Shown: positions 63,501-64,000 of the stretch, piece by piece
Layout of the letters: the number at the start of each line of letters is the position of its first letter
Numbering within the stretch: position 1 is the first letter of the stretch
Source: Bugula neritina
Taxonomy: Eukaryota; Animalia; Bryozoa
NCBI GenBank assembly: GCA_964035545.1
Contig: CAXIUT010000097.1
Coordinates: 62,001-126,000, forward strand
Direction: 5' to 3'
DNA: 64,000 bases
Program-made: the position numbers and the translations under genes
The notes under the pieces: model-generated
Database searches by the model: none
What the model saw: only the letters and a program-made list of their open reading frames with translations
What the model was told of the DNA's origin: nothing

Positions 63501-64000
63501 ATACGGTAATATACCAAAACATACTGTAACACATTTAAAAATACTGCAACATACTGAAATACACTGCAACACACTGAAATACACTGCAAAATACTGAAAT
63601 ACACTGTAACATACTGAAATATACTGCAACATACTGAAATACACTGCTACATACTGAAATATACTGAAACACACTGCAACATACTGCAACATACTAAAAT
63701 ATACTGCAACATACTGAAATACACTGCAAAATAATGAAATACACTGTAACATACTGAAATATGCTGTGGCACACTGAAATACACTGCAACTCACTGAATT
63801 ACACTGCAACATACTGAAATACACTGTAACATATTGAAATATACTGCAACATACTGAAATATAGTGCTACATACTGAAATATACTGCAACATACTGCAAC
63901 ATAGTGAAATACAGTGTAAAATACTGAATTACACTGCAACATACTACAACATATTGTAATACAATGCAACAAATTGAAATATACTGCAACATACCTAAAT

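Larger units (their letters stand above)
1..64000 (+). repeat. Satellite DNA tandem array, 10-bp monomer (ACTG[A/C/T]AA[T/C]A[T/C]) with 20-bp A/B dimer ACTGAAATAY-ACTGYAACAY; ~6,400 monomers, single orientation, runs off both window ends
   Basis: Every line parses into decamers starting ACTG/ATTG/ACTA/ACCG. No unique interruption and no inverted block was seen. Consensus composition is ~45% A and ~10% G on the + strand (about one-third GC). Confidence 0.99.

Noticed and set aside
75-63824. Hundreds of minus-strand ORFs (61-321 aa), e.g. 51975..52940 and 33891..34667
   Set aside because: They overlap in all three minus frames with the same 10-aa periodic text (3 x 10 bp) and show no domain or codon-position bias. 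They are open only because the consensus lacks minus-strand stops, while the plus strand has TGA/TAA in most dimers.
1-64000. CRISPR array or repeat-spacer system
   Set aside because: There are no unique spacers: every 'variable' segment is itself a mutated monomer. No cas genes or leader are present.
1-64000. Programmed diversification or information-coding cassette system (DGR, shufflon, antigenic-variation cassettes)
   Set aside because: No RT, recombinase or expressed target locus is present, and there are no inversions. The variant order is adequately explained by nested duplication, deletion and conversion.
1-64000. Telomeric repeat array
   Set aside because: There are no G-runs on either strand, and heritable kb-scale HORs are inconsistent with telomerase-templated synthesis.
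1-64000. Identity with known decamer satellites such as Drosophila Prodsat (AATAACATAG)
   Set aside because: The period is the same and there is a partial TAACATA word, but the conserved ACTG core and A/B dimer differ. Homology cannot be supported.
1-64000. Transposon, rRNA/tRNA or other unique insertion
   Set aside because: No stretch departs from the decamer pattern for more than ~20 bp; no TIR, LTR, TSD or poly(A) tail was seen.
1-64000. Underlying 5-bp ancestral repeat
   Set aside because: The monomer halves (ACTGC/AACAT, ACTGA/AATAT) are not convincingly similar.

Overview
The whole 64 kb window is one uninterrupted satellite-DNA array in a single orientation, most likely eukaryotic heterochromatin or (peri)centromeric sequence. 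It contains about 6,400 decamer monomers of consensus ACTG(A/C/T)AA(T/C)A(T/C). An A-type (ACTGAAATAY) and a B-type (ACTGYAACAY) mostly alternate as a 20-bp dimer. I found no unique DNA, transposon, RNA gene, CRISPR array or credible gene. All ORFs in the track are minus-strand translations of the repeat. The information lies in the repeat architecture. Ancestral higher-order units of 510 bp (51-mer) and 260 bp (12-mer + 14-mer) have been shuffled and amplified by nested duplications with offsets of 629, 760, 830, 1019, 1439, 1879, 1900, 2350, 2600, 2708, 4308, ~5.4-6.9 kb, 10483 and 11970 bp. The 10-bp register is extremely well conserved: all phase shifts trace to about five ancestral indel variants, one of them a self-compensating +1/-1 pair. 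There is an apparent gene-conversion patch, region-specific variant haplotypes, and more divergence towards the right end. I see no novel protein-coding system. Breakpoints were read by eye and are approximate.
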